A DNA stretch of 64,000 nucleotides from the human T2T-CHM13v2.0 reference genome, Homo sapiens. Location of the stretch: the NCBI RefSeq assembly GCF_009914755.1, contig NC_060925.1; one strand, 5' to 3'. The position numbers and the translations under genes were made by a program. The number at the start of each line of letters is the position of its first letter. Position 1 is the stretch's first letter. The notes beneath the pieces were generated by a model that saw only the letters and a list, made by a program, of their open reading frames with translations, did no database searches and was not told where the DNA came from. Shown here piece by piece: positions 12,713-28,075 of the stretch.

Positions 12713-14616
12713 CAAGTCATCACAGGTAATATTTTTATTAAATATTTGCATAGTACAAACCTGGGTCTCCATCTTTGTAGGCTTTGATTTTTGTTTTTTA
12801 CCAATCACTGACTGTTAAGCCACATATTTTAAGTTTTTGTTACAATCACACCTAACCTCAATGTACCAATTTCTGTAAATAGATAATGCTAGGTACCGTA
12901 ACCGATAAATCTTGACATCTGAGTGGATTAATACAATAAAAGTTTATTTTTCATCTCATGTAAGGTCTAAAAGTCCAATTAATGGGAATTTGCAGGGTGG
13001 GAAGCCCTCTGATCAACAACTGTTCAAAAACTGACATCTTCATAACATGGCTTCCAAGGTTGCTCTGGGTGACAGCATCTTTAACATAAGGATGCTATCT
13101 TTAATATGTGGCTTCTGGGGTTGCTCTAGGTGACAACATCCAGTAATTCATATGAAAATATCTTTTTCTTCCTTTATTTTTACTTATGACAAAGAAAGTT
13201 TGCTTGCTTTCAAGCCTGGAACGCCTGGGACCTTCAGTGAACCTCTTCCTCAGATACATGCCTGCGTAGTGTCAACTTGCTCTATTGCTGGGAAGTGCTT
13301 GGCTGATTATCTTCTTCCTGCCCTGGGAGATGTCTCACTAATCATTCATTCATTCAGCAAACATTACAACGTTCCAGGCACTGTGCTAACTACTGAATAT
13401 TCAGTGATATAGGATAAAATCTCTGTCCTAAAGTTGCTTGCAGTCAGATGGGAGAAAAGCAAGTAAATACAACAATTTGGTAAGTGCTATGATAGAAGGG
13501 CACAAAAGTACTGAGGGACCACAAAGGGGGGGGCAACTGACTTTTCTTGGGAAGTTTGTAAAATTTCATAAAGAGAAAGACAACTGAGCTGACTCTCATA
13601 GGATGAGAAGAAGCTGACAGTAGGAAAAAGGCAGGACAGAGCACAGAGTCCTGAAACAACATGACTTTCATCGTGATCTGCCAGGACTCTCCATATTGGG
13701 GACTGGCCAATGGTTCTGTAAGGCTGGGGCACAGTTATGTGTAGACAAATGTGGGAGGTGAGGCTAGAAAGGTGGTGTACTAGTCGGGCTGTGCTGGCAA
13801 GCAATGGAGATGATTTTGGCTATGTTAAATTAAAAAAACAAAAAGGAACTCAGAGGTAGCTTAGGTAGCTTAGCAAATTGAAGGAAGGCTGAAGAACCAT
13901 GATCTGAAAAATGTGGAGCCAAACATCTGGAAATCTAGGTAAGCAGAAACTAATTGTGAATTTTTCTTCTGGAGCTTCTGCCAAGATAAATGAATTCCAA
14001 CCAATTTTCAGTTTCTTTGTTACTCTTATTCAAGATTCACATTCCAGGGAGAGAGTGACTGGCCCATTTGGGTCCAAAAACCTGACCCTTGACCAGGGGA
14101 TGCTGGGTTAACATGACTAAGGGTTCACTAAGACTACATCTAATTGAGGAAGGATGTTTCCCATAGGTGAAATGGAGATTGTAAAAGAAGGAAGAATAGA
14201 TTCTGGTCAGGTAAAAACAGACGTAGTCTCTAGGTGAGTTGGAGTCAGTAATAAAGGGCTTCAAAAGTCATGTTAAAAAAATCTAGAATTTATTGGGTAG
14301 GCAATGAAGAGCTGTTGAAGGAATATGAGCAGAGAAGTGACATGATAAATCCCAGACAGAAGCTTTTGGCTAATTTTATTTTGTTATCAGTTTATTTTTA
14401 CCTGTAATGAACAAAGTTAACTCTTTCTGTAGTTCTCATTGACATGGAAGAGAACAAATATCATTCTATCGCACCTTTCCATAGTCCAAACAAATATACA
14501 GTTTATTTTTTCCTGAGATTTGTGTAGTGAAAGAGAGGGAAAAAAAATGGACCAAATCTCAATTGATCAAGAAAGTTTTCATGCTCTTTCTGAATCAGAT
14601 TCTCTTCCATCCCACC

Positions 14617-15043
14617 CAGTGGTGTGTTGGAGCTGGTTTGTACTGGCTGACAAGAGTCATTTGCTAAATTTTCAGGAATTCTGTGAGTCATTTGTTAAGA
14701 ACAGTCATTATTAACAATTAAGTTATATACATTTAAATAAAAAAGATATGAAATGCAAAGGTAATAAATATTCAAAGCTGATCACTTCCTAATTATTTTA
14801 CTATCGTCTATGTTCTTGAGGTTATTTATACCTACTCAATGGTACACATCAGTCGTATGGTGGAAACCCTTATCATGTTATGCTACTGCACATCTTCCCA
14901 ACTCTGCATTCAGTGGCATTAGGTTGGTAGCTTGAAATTGGTGGCAGTGGGATAATTTAAACCAAGGAAATTGGCAAACACTACAAAGTCTGCCTTCTTT
15001 ACCCTGGAGAGAGCTGGTGGTTGAACATTTACTAACATACCAA
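14617..15043. mobile_element. MER63-like hAT DNA transposon
   Basis: Starts 'cagtggtgtgttggagctggtttgtactggct' and ends with the degenerate inverted terminus 'aacatttactaacataccaac'. Confidence 0.7.
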
Positions 15044-15149
15044 CCTCACCACCTTTACCCCACTCGCCTTGTTTTCTAGGCCCTCAACTCCAAAGGAAAA
15101 ATAACTAGAAACTGAGGCAGTCTCTTCACAGTCTACTTCAGCTGACACG

Positions 15150-15194
15150 TAAAAAGAAAAAACAAAGATGGTGAAAAGTCAAGTTAATTTTATT
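15150..15194 (-). terminator. Candidate distal polyadenylation site of GJA8
   Basis: On the minus strand: AATAAA (15194-15189), CA about 16 nt downstream, then U-rich 'tctttgttttttcttttta'; UGUA about 65 nt upstream. Use by GJA8 is inferred. Confidence 0.45.
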
Positions 15195-16729
15195 TGCTTT
15201 GTAACAGTCTAACACACGACTATTAGCTCTGGCACAAGGATGTGGAAGGTTGGAGAATACAGGACCACCATCCCAATAACGTGTCTCTCTTTTGCCAGAG
15301 ATTTCCCCAGGAAGTTTGTTATGAATGTGCTTCATAACAAACTGAGTCTTTACCACTTTGTTTTATAGATGAAAAAATTGCAGAAAAAGGCCATGGGGTC
15401 ATCTACTTTTCCCTTCAGACAACCTTATGAATTCTTTTAGAATCTTCTTTGTCTGCTCTGTAGAACTTCCAGAAAGCAGTGGCGTTGGAGACTATGGGAT
15501 GTCCCACTGCAACTTGGTGGCTACTTTTTTATGTGGTATTCGGTTCCCAGAGCTGAATACCACTTTTTCCTGGCTCTGGGAGCTGCAATGTCTAGGGCAG
15601 TGGAGAGTGAACTGTCTTTCATAAAAGTTTTTCTTTCCTCTTACCCAAATGCTGAACCGAGAATTTTTTTTCCTTTTTCTCCTCCTTTCCCCAAGTACAT
15701 ATTTAGTTATAATACAATAATTGCAAAAGGGGAAAGTCTCCTTGCCTATTTCGCTATCACTTCTAGGTACACACTTAGTAGTTTTACAGATTGTATTTAC
15801 ACTCAGAAGAGTTTTTCTTCCAACCAGGCAAACCTTTCTCATCTAAACTTTGCTAAGCTGGGTTGGGCAATCATTTGCACACAGTATGCATAGAGGGTAA
15901 ATCATGGTCAGGGAAAGGAGAGAAGAGGAGGCTGGGGGAATGGAATGGGACATGCAGTTGGGGTGGTGTTCTCATTCTTACTTAGAGCACGCCTAATGAC
16001 CCTTCTCGGGAACTGGAGAGGAGCAGTGGTTTGTACCAATCTTGTCCTAGGCCTTCCACATGGCCTGGACTGAAGAGTTCCTGCATGCAGCTCTTTCCGT
16101 ATCCATGGAGCCCCTTCTGCCATGAGTCAGAGATTATCTCAGGGGTTGACGCTTCTCCATATGTGAGCTCTACTAAGCCGAGTACCTTTAGCACCTCTTT
16201 CAGCAACCAATTCTTGCGTGATTAAAGACATTCTTTTTTTTGTACCATAATTCTTAGGAATTCAAGACTACCTGCTGCCCCTCCAAATTTATTTCCCTTA
16301 CTTTAGTTATTGGCTCACTTTTTATCAGTATCTTAGTTAACAATCTATGCAGTATTTGAAAGTGATGACTGTCACTGCTTCAGTATACATTTTACAATAT
16401 GGTCTTACAAAATTTGATGATGGCTTCTTTCTTTTCCATTTATTTCCAAATTAGTGAGCTTTAAAAAAGACCTATAACATCTTGTGAAGGAGGGGCAGAA
16501 CTTATCATCCTCAACTAACATAGAGAAAATTGTCTCATAGAGCAGGTAAGTGGCATCTTGGAATACCCAGAGTCAGGAGGGGCAATCAACACCCCTGACT
16601 TGAATGTCAGTGTTCTTTGTGGGTCCCCAGGTCACACAGACCTTCAGGAATATCTGTCCAGTGCTGTACTGGATGCTTCCCTGTGTGGCAGGGGACAAAG
16701 ACATGGTGAAAAGCAGACAGGCTTTTTTC

Positions 16730-16761
<32 letters not shown>

Positions 16762-19498
16762 TAAATAATGCCCAAAACACTAGGCCAGGGTTTACACAGC
16801 CAGGCTCAAAACTTTCTCACTGAACTTTGAGTACATCTATTCTTGGTCACAGATATCCCCTGAGGGTGGTGTTAGAACTGCTATCAAGTGATTAGCCCTT
16901 TTCCTCTGGAGGGAGCTGTACTACTGATGTCCCGCTGTCTAATGCATCTTTTTATTGGTAGGTCCATGTGCCCTAGGGTTTTTATCTAACAAGGGACCGA
17001 CTAGGAGTAGAAATGAAATCTGGACATAATGAAGCCCATGGGGATTATAATCCTGACTCAGTCATAATTATTTGCCTCAAAACAGATGCTGAGTGGTGTA
17101 GCTGCCTAGAGTAAAGACCACCACAGACATGCAGCTGCTTCTAAATGGAAACTGGCTGTGTTTGTGTGGCCGCTTAAGATGGGACCTCTTTCTCAGAGAA
17201 TGAAAGTAATTGGCAATCTGTCTCCAGTCATTTATTAAGGTCAATGAGCCTCAGGTTCCTACTAAACATATGGGGTTAAATTCTGTTTTGAATCTCTTCT
17301 GAGAAAAGTGATCTCTGGAGTGTCTATTTCACGTTGAAAAACTCACCAGGTAACTACGAGGCAGGTTGGAGGGACAGATGGAAACCATCCACCTGCCCTT
17401 CTTCCCAGTCTTACTGCTGTTGGAGGAATCTCTCAGGGAATGGTACCACTCAGCAGGCCTCATGCTTGGCAGCCAACTCAATCTTTAGGACACCCCTGGA
17501 TGTAGGTAGGTGGCAAATGCCAGCTTTAGTTTGTAGACAGAAAACTGAAGTAAAGAGAGCTCAAGGCACAATAATGATACAGCTACTAAATGGCAGAAAT
17601 AGAAAAAAAATGCAGCCCCTTGATGCCTGTGTCTGTTTCTTCCTAAATAGGCTTCTCCTTTTATTGGGAAGACTAAGAGGGAAAATGTGGGGACAGTGTG
17701 GGTACGTTCATTGAAGCAGGATACTGCCTCATCTGAGGAAAGACGCTCTATCACACACTTATGTCCCACCTGAGATAAGGAGACCAGTAGCCCTCATTTC
17801 TACAACTGGTACCAAACAGCAGTTTTATTTAGAACAGGATATCGTTTTTCTTTTTCTTTTTTGTATTAGGCTCTAGTTGAGATAGACACTTTATTCTGGT
17901 AATGATCAAGCTATTCATAAGGCTCTTCCTAAAATGCATCTTCAGGAACAAAACTATGGGAGCAATAGTGCAGCCATTAGAGTCAAGGATGCACTCTCTG
18001 GTTCTCAGGCCTCGGATTGTGTTAATTCTCTCACCATATAGGAGAAAGTCTGTGTAGAATAACGTTGCTTGCTAGGGGTAAGATTAAGCAGTAGCCAGAA
18101 AATCACGTGCCTCCAAGATAAACATACCTCTTCTATTCAACATCCCTCCACTGAAGGTTTGTCACTTTGGGTTACCTAGGTAAAAATATATTTTAGTCTT
18201 TCTCTTTTAAATGCAGTTTTTTCCCCAGGAGTAGTTACCGAACAATCAAACCTTAGAATGAATTTAATTTTTAGACTACTTTGCTTTAGAATGGGTCACC
18301 AAGGAATGGAAATTTTGTCAAGGGGGAGGAATAGTTTTGGAAAAGGCCTGCTTTGGAAAGGTATATCTTGAATGAATATCTTAAAAGGAAGGTGGTAACC
18401 AGAGGGCAGCAAAGGGGATTGATATACTTTGAGATGATGCTGATCGGGGTTGGGAAGATACAACAAACGCAGTTTTTCTAAGTATCCCTTTTGGGCCCCT
18501 TGCTGGTCTCCTGTCCAGGTCCCTGCTATGTCAACTTGGTTTCTATACCTCCTACCCTATCTTTGGCACTGCAGTCCATGAAGCATAGTGTTGCTTTAGG
18601 TGAACCATCTTAGTTTTCTCTCCTTGCTCTGGAAATCAATTGGCTGAGGGTAAAATTGCTCCTGGTATGAAATATGTACGTGTACATGAGGATTTCCCCT
18701 GAACAGACTCTGTGTTTGAGGAGGGTGAGTTGTGGGAATATGAGGACAGGAGCCCTTCAAGATTCTTCTTGTTCCCTTTAGCCTCTGTGTCCTTTCCAGG
18801 GATGAAGCTTGGCCTGAGACTCCACTTTGGGATCCTGGCTGTGTGAGCACCCACTTTGTGAGAGGCTCCCTCTGGTGCCACCCTGATGGCCCTTTGATCA
18901 TGTCTGAGAGCTGCCTCTTCCCAGGACATGCCTGTGAGCAGATGTCCTCCAGCTCGAAACTGGGCTTGCTTCTAGTCACTAGTGAAAAAAGGTATAGATT
19001 TTAGGCTGAGCACTGATGCTGCAAGAGGGGAATAAAGAAAGGATCTTCTTTGCTTCAGGAAAAACAAACTACAACCAGGCCTCAAAGCCTTTTGATTTCA
19101 CAGAGAGAGTTTTGGCAACTTGCTCTCTTTCTCTGATGGTACCCAGGGCAGAATTCCCACCAATACAAAGCATATCATTGCTTCAGAACCCAGGGGCTAC
19201 AATGAGCCAAAAGAATGGTCAGTGAGAACTTTAGATATCTCCTGGACTGATGATTTAAACAAAACACTCCAAAGTAGTGAAATAAGGTTTAGGAGCCACA
19301 GAAACAAGTTGAGACCATAAATAATAAGACCGATTCCATAGGAAAGCTGGGCTAATTAGCATAAGCTGATATTGCAAATTGGTGCCTCACAGGTTAAATG
19401 TGGCTTGCACATATTTCATTTGGTCCACATGTTGTATTTAAAATTTAGTTGCCAACATTAACAATTTTGAAAATTTCAATTAAAATTTAGATTTCATG

Positions 19499-19782
<284 letters not shown>

Positions 19783-20401
19783 AGGTTGGATTTCTGGCTT
19801 CCCTTGAAAAATCAGAAAGACCAGGTAACACTTCATGGTACTCATTGTCTGGAAGTGAGCAGCAGCTGCCCCTGCTTTCCAACTTTCACAGCCCCATTCT
19901 CTCCCTTGCATTAGAACAGGCCTGTCTTGCAACTTATGTCACCTGTCTGTATTCTGTAGGCTTTTGAGTCTGGATCCCTGAAATATGGTCACATGGTATC
20001 TGCTTCAGAAATGCTGGGATGATAGATTCTGGCTTAGTGAGCTTGAGACAAGATGGGTAAAAGGCTATGAGGCAACCCCAATTCCGATTTAAGGGTTTCT
20101 ATGGAGAAATGGGGATGAAAGAAGAGTCACCCATAGCTGCTGGGGTTGGAGGAGCGGGGTAGTCCTATGAGACTGGGGAACTTTAGTGGGTCGATGGGTT
20201 TATCTTGGTAGCCCTTATGCTGGATGTGGGAAAGACTGTTTCCTAGAGTTGCCTGGAGTGCACTGCCCTGCTGCAGTGCCTGTCCAACCAGAGGCTGGTG
20301 GGAGGACAGGAGACAGAAGATTCAGATCATGTTGGCACCTGTTCCTTTCATCTTGCCCTACGTAAGCTTGGGCGTTTTTTTTTTTTTTCTTTGGCGTCAC
20401 T

Positions 20402-21706
<1,305 letters not shown>

Positions 21707-22472
21707 TCACCCACCTGAAGAAATGAGGGAGAAGGCAAGAGCTGAGCGGCCGCAATGCAACCCTGAGTCAATATCTGTTTTTGCTAACGCGGGGTACCTC
21801 TCCTTTCCAAGTTGCCAGAACGGTCAATGTGCACACAGCGTCTATCCAGTGCTTCCTTTGTGCAGACTAGGACTAGAGAACAAAGAAGGCCCCGAAGAAT
21901 GTGCTTCCATCCGCTTCCTCATCTGTAAAATGGGTTTAATAATAATAATACCTATTCTCATTCACTTCACAAATGGTCTGAAAGCATCAATGAGGCAATA
22001 TTTGTATAATTCCTTAAAGTCCACCAAAAATAAGGATTCATTGTTGACCATAAATAGAAACCCTTGGTTACATGGATTTAAATCAAGACCACACACTGAT
22101 CTAAGTTTCGTGAGACATAATGCTGAAGAGTTCCCTTATACTATGGGTGTCTGGGCTCCCAACACAATTCTTGTATGTATGAAATTGTCTGTGGCCATCT
22201 TATGTTTGAGTGTCAGAATATATAATGATCGTATATTTGAAGGGAAGTGGAAGGGGATTAGCATTTATTGAATACCAACTTTGTGAAAGAACTTTGACAT
22301 TATATTATTTCATTTAACTTGATCCTGCTAGACTGTAATTTCCATGACGGTAGGAGCCATGCCTGTCTTATTTACAGCTATATACTCAATGCCTGACATA
22401 CAGCCCAGCACACAGTGAGAACTTGATAAGTATTTGTTAACTAAGTTGATTCCAACAAATAAGAAAACTGAA

Positions 22473-22785
22473 GGCCAGGCACAGTGGCTCATGCCTGTAA
22501 TCCTAGAACTTTGGGAGGCCAGGGCAAGAGAATCACTTGAGCCCAGGAGATAGAGACTAGCCTGGGCAACACAGTGAGACCCCATCTCTACAAAAAACTT
22601 TAAAAACTAGCTGGGCTCGGTGGTGCATGCCTGTGTTCCCAGCTACTTGGGAGGCTGAGCCAGGAAGATTGCTTGAGCCTGGGAGGTCGAGGTTGCAGTG
22701 AACCCTGATATGTGCCACTATACTCCATCCTGGGCAACAGAGAAAGACCCTGTCTCAAAGGAAAAAGAAAAAAAAGAAAAAAGAA
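22473..22785 (+). mobile_element. AluJ SINE in the GJA8 intron, within MIR/L2 remnants
   Basis: Diverged dimeric Alu with an A-rich tail and TSD-like aagaaa(a/t)ctga. Confidence 0.9.
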
Positions 22786-25426
22786 ATCTGAGGCTCAGAG
22801 AGGCTAAATATATTGTCCAAGATTAGACAGCTAAATAGCAGCAGTTCTGTTTGCTTGATCACAAAGGCTGGGTTCTTCCCACTACACCATTGAGATAAAC
22901 TGCCTGCAATCAAAGCTACACAATTCTTTGACTTCTGTGCTCTTAATTTATGTTTCCTCTTCTCTAGGTTGAAATCTGGAAACCCTTATTAATAGCTTTA
23001 CACATTGAGGGCCGTATATTTTTATTATTACTCTTTTAAATCCAAAGAACAGAGAGAATGCTTTGGGAAGGAATCATGTCACAGGATGAGGAAGGTCTTC
23101 TAGGACACTTTTAGTGTCCTATGGAATGAAAATGTTTCAGGGTCTGTAACATATGGCTGTTTTAATAGAGTCAAAAATTTGGTCTATAGAAAAAATATCG
23201 TTAAACATGATAGTATATAATGCCTGTAGCACAGCAATGGCTAATGGAAATGGCATTGAGCTGACAAGGGGCTGGCTGCAACTGGGTCATTCATCCAGTG
23301 CAAACCTGTAACCTATAAAGAATGATGAGCAAAACTTCCACCTCAATGGAGAACAGTTGTTCCTGCAGCTTGAACATCTCTAGAGTTATAAGTTTACTCA
23401 TCACTGCCCTCAGACCAGGGCAAGAGCCCATGTTAGAGGATCTTGCTCTGGGCTTCTTCTAGCCATGCCCCATGCTATAGGCCTAGGAACCTATGGGGCT
23501 AAAGGGATATGCCTATTGTTTTTTAATCACAGTGATATTTGTTAAACACAAAAGCCTATTTCCAACCTGTGATTTGGAGTCTGGCCAGACAGAACCTGGT
23601 GGCAGGATACTAATTGCAGGCATCTGCAATGTCCAGCCTGTGCTGTCAGGGCAGGCACAATAGCTGTTCGCTTCTTGTGGGAGAGCAGAGAGTGCTCCTC
23701 CTCTTGAGGCCTCATAAGCTCCCAATCAGGCAGGGCATCCTGCAGCAGCTTCTCTTCTCCTGAAAAAGTGACAGCAGCTGTGGCATCCCCAGTCATGGGT
23801 CTGGCATTGGGAAGAGTTCCTTGGAGAAATGGGTAATGGAGAGGGGGAAGGACCCAGCAGCTCGGAATCGGAACCAGCAACTCAATCCCAGCCACATGTA
23901 TCTATTTTTAACTCTTCAGACTATAGTTAAGTCTAGTAATTGCCCTGGTAAGAGTGGTAGCCATTCCCATTGCCTTTTGGAAAATAGGTGGGAAACATCA
24001 CAATCAGGTAAGCAGCCCAAGCATAAAGCTCACTGGTGGCAGAGCCAGGAAAAAGTTCATTTCTTATCAAATAGTTCATTCTAAAATTTATGTTAAAACA
24101 GCAATTTGAATAACTGTACTTCTATAAGATTTAGCTAATATCTTACTATCTTACTAATATCTTACTGAATCTTAACTATCTTGCTAATACTTACCCTCAT
24201 TGATATATCAGTTCATTTTTGACAGTGTATTTCACTCACATACCCACATGAATGTGTGTGATGAGCACATGCTCTCAGTCCTGTATGTTAACCAATCTTG
24301 TTTTCCCCCCTTTAGTATCAAAAGGTTTTGGAGGGCAGGAACCATTTTGGCCTCATCTTTTGTGAACCATCACAACACAGAACAAAGCCCTTCACAGAGT
24401 GGGAGCTCCATAGACAGCAGTGCATGGTTCTAATAGTAATCCTTGTGAAATCTGAAATTCTCAATCCCCAAATTCCTGTAATATGAATACTAGAGACCAA
24501 GGAACTTCAGTCCTCTTGCTACAGCTAACAGCAGAAAAATTAAGAACTTGTAAAAAATGGTAAATAACAAAAAGGATAGTAAATTGATCCCCAACCAGCT
24601 GCTCTGAGACACAAAACTGCTTATTTTGTATGAGATCAAATATATAAACTGGAAGGCCAACAATTCTTGACAAGAGTGTCATGATACATGTTCATGACAC
24701 AAGAAGTCGTTCCTGACCACTCATTAGTAATTTTGAAACCAAAGCCAAACAAGCCCATGTCTTTCTATACTCTAAGCCGCCATGCTAAGATTGTATTTTT
24801 TTTTAAATGTCTAGTTACAGTTTCTTGTGATAACTGAAGGAGAGAAACTGTAATTTAGGACACAATCTTTCCAACCCCATGATGTTGAAACAGGCCTACT
24901 GTGCTGTTAAGGAGAGACACTTTAGAGCTGCGAAGGGAAATGTATTGGTTTCCTGACTTCTAACAGTGAAAATTTAAAGGAAGTCAGATCAGAGAAGCAA
25001 AGCGTTCTGTGGGAGCAGGGAGAAATCTGAACCAAAGGAAGACTATTTCTCTTCTCTTTCTCAGAGATAATTCTCTGTTTTATTTTGCTTGTGAAAATTT
25101 AGTGAACAGACCTATTACAGATGGAAAATAAATGGATAGAGTTCAAGCCTCCAACCCCAGGGTGTCCATATATGGCCAGGAACATCCCACCAGAAAATGA
25201 TGGCTAGAGGTAATGATTAAAATAACACCTTATGTTTGGGTATCCTTGATCTAAGTGATACATTTTCACGTATCTTATTTCAGTCCTCATAACAAGCTGT
25301 GAACTAGGCCAGTGGTTCTCAGACTTAGATTTCACAGACTAGTATAATAATAACAAACTAGTGTGACCAACATAAGGATACCAACTCCTTATTTTGCCAA
25401 ACAAGGACATAAAAATAAGAGTTATT

Positions 25427-25756
<330 letters not shown>

Positions 25757-26798
25757 CTATTTTCATCATCATTTCATAAAAGGGGATTTTAACACCACAA
25801 AACTGGAGAGGACATAACTTCAGAATAAAAGACAAGCCTTTAAATTGAACACACTTAACTTGGTGAAACATTTACTACATTGTTAACTTTATCATTGTCA
25901 CATTTTGGTCACAGGTTGTGGAAACCTTCATCTTGAGCTAGAACTGACAGATCCCCAGATGGATGTCTGAGAACCAGTGAACTTGGCATTATCAATCCCC
26001 ATTACCAGACAAAAAGACAGGCTGGGAGGTGAAATGAGTCTCCAAGATGGGGGCTTAGCTAGTGAGGGCAGAGCTAGGCTGTGAGCCCTGGTCTTCTAGA
26101 TCTAAGCCCATTACAGCATAGCCCTCCTCTGGTTTTGAAGAGGCAGAATAACACATATACATCCATTAATAAGTTATCCAAAGCGTTCAATGGCCACTTA
26201 CCACTCTGGTTGGTAACCAGGTGGAAAGTGCCTCTTTTCTAGTTTCTAGAACAGCCACTAGCCAGCAGTTCTCATAGATAGACAACAGAACCTGCTCCTA
26301 GGAGGAATTTTATGGTCCTTAGCCAGATCCCTTCCTGTGCTCCATTAAATGCTCCAACATGGAAAATGCTGAGCACGAAGCCTCCGCTACCCCCACAGCA
26401 TTCAGTAATTATGACTATTATTTCTATTGTAGAATTTGAGTGAAAAGGGCACAAAACTTTTTCATAAATATCAAATACTTGGTTTAGGTCCCTGTGGATT
26501 CCTGTAGACATGAAAAGAGCTTAAGAAGTCAAATTGTAGTTTGAGTTTGGACATCTCTGTTTCCCCATCCTGCTGATTATTCCAGCATTCCTCTCCCTTC
26601 CAAACCTCTGCCAGTTCTTAGGTCAACTTGAAGAGGGTTTTCAGAGTTGGAGTGTAAGTCTAGCCATCCCAGCCCAAGACTGAATCTTATTGGCAACCTT
26701 TTTCCTTTTGGAGAAGCCTATATATGGCCCTTAGATTAGGCTGAGAAAGAACAATTGGGGGGAAGGTTACAAACTAATATCACCCAAGGAAAACTTGC

Positions 26799-26865
26799 CA
26801 ATACAAGGAGTGTCCCACGGAGAAATATGTGCTCTTTCTCTCTTGGCGCTCAGCAGCAAAATGGC
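26799..26865 (-). other. GJA8: GJA8 non-coding exon 1 (5' end approximate)
   Basis: Minus strand 'gctgagcgccaagagagaaagagcacatatttctccgtgggacactccttgtattg' matches the recalled GJA8 5'UTR and has no upstream ATG. Connexin genes typically have a non-coding first exon. Confidence 0.82.
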
Positions 26866-26975
26866 AACTTTCGTCTCTTTCCTTTGCTGCCTAAAAGCCC
26901 ACCTCCCACTTCTCTACCCCGCCCCTACTGTGCTGCACGACTGAGCAGATATGACTGGATTGGCCCTGATGGGTA
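26866..26975 (-). promoter_or_regulatory. GJA8 proximal promoter
   Basis: GC box GGGGCGGGG (26925-26917), CCAAT (26963-26959) and Maf-like TGCT half-sites immediately upstream of exon 1; no TATA box seen. Confidence 0.7.
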
Positions 26976-27399
26976 GGTTTTACTGTCCAGCAATATTTTA
27001 AGCTCCCAGCCAGACAGCTTTTATGAAGGGAGGGATGTTTGGGAAACAATGGGAGTGAGAGAATGGGAGAGCTGTGTTGGGCACTGAGGGGAGGAGGATG
27101 GGGAAAGCTGATGTGTGAAAGCTTAGCTGGGGCTTCTGTGCCTCCCAAAGTTTCTTTTAGCAGCAGACTGGGCCTGTACATCAGTAAACCTTTGGCGTCT
27201 CTCCAGAGCGCATGAGCCTAGGGGCATTTTCCCAAGGCCTTATCATCAGCTGGGAGAATCTTAATGATGTAGGGACAGTAAGTGGTCAGTTGTGTGAATC
27301 CCTCTGCCCTGAGTCACACCAAGAGTGGTTGGTCCTTTCCAAAGGACCATATTTCATTTTTTATTGGTGGTTTGCTCTTGTCTCTCAAAGCCTTCAGCA

Positions 27400-28075
<676 letters not shown>

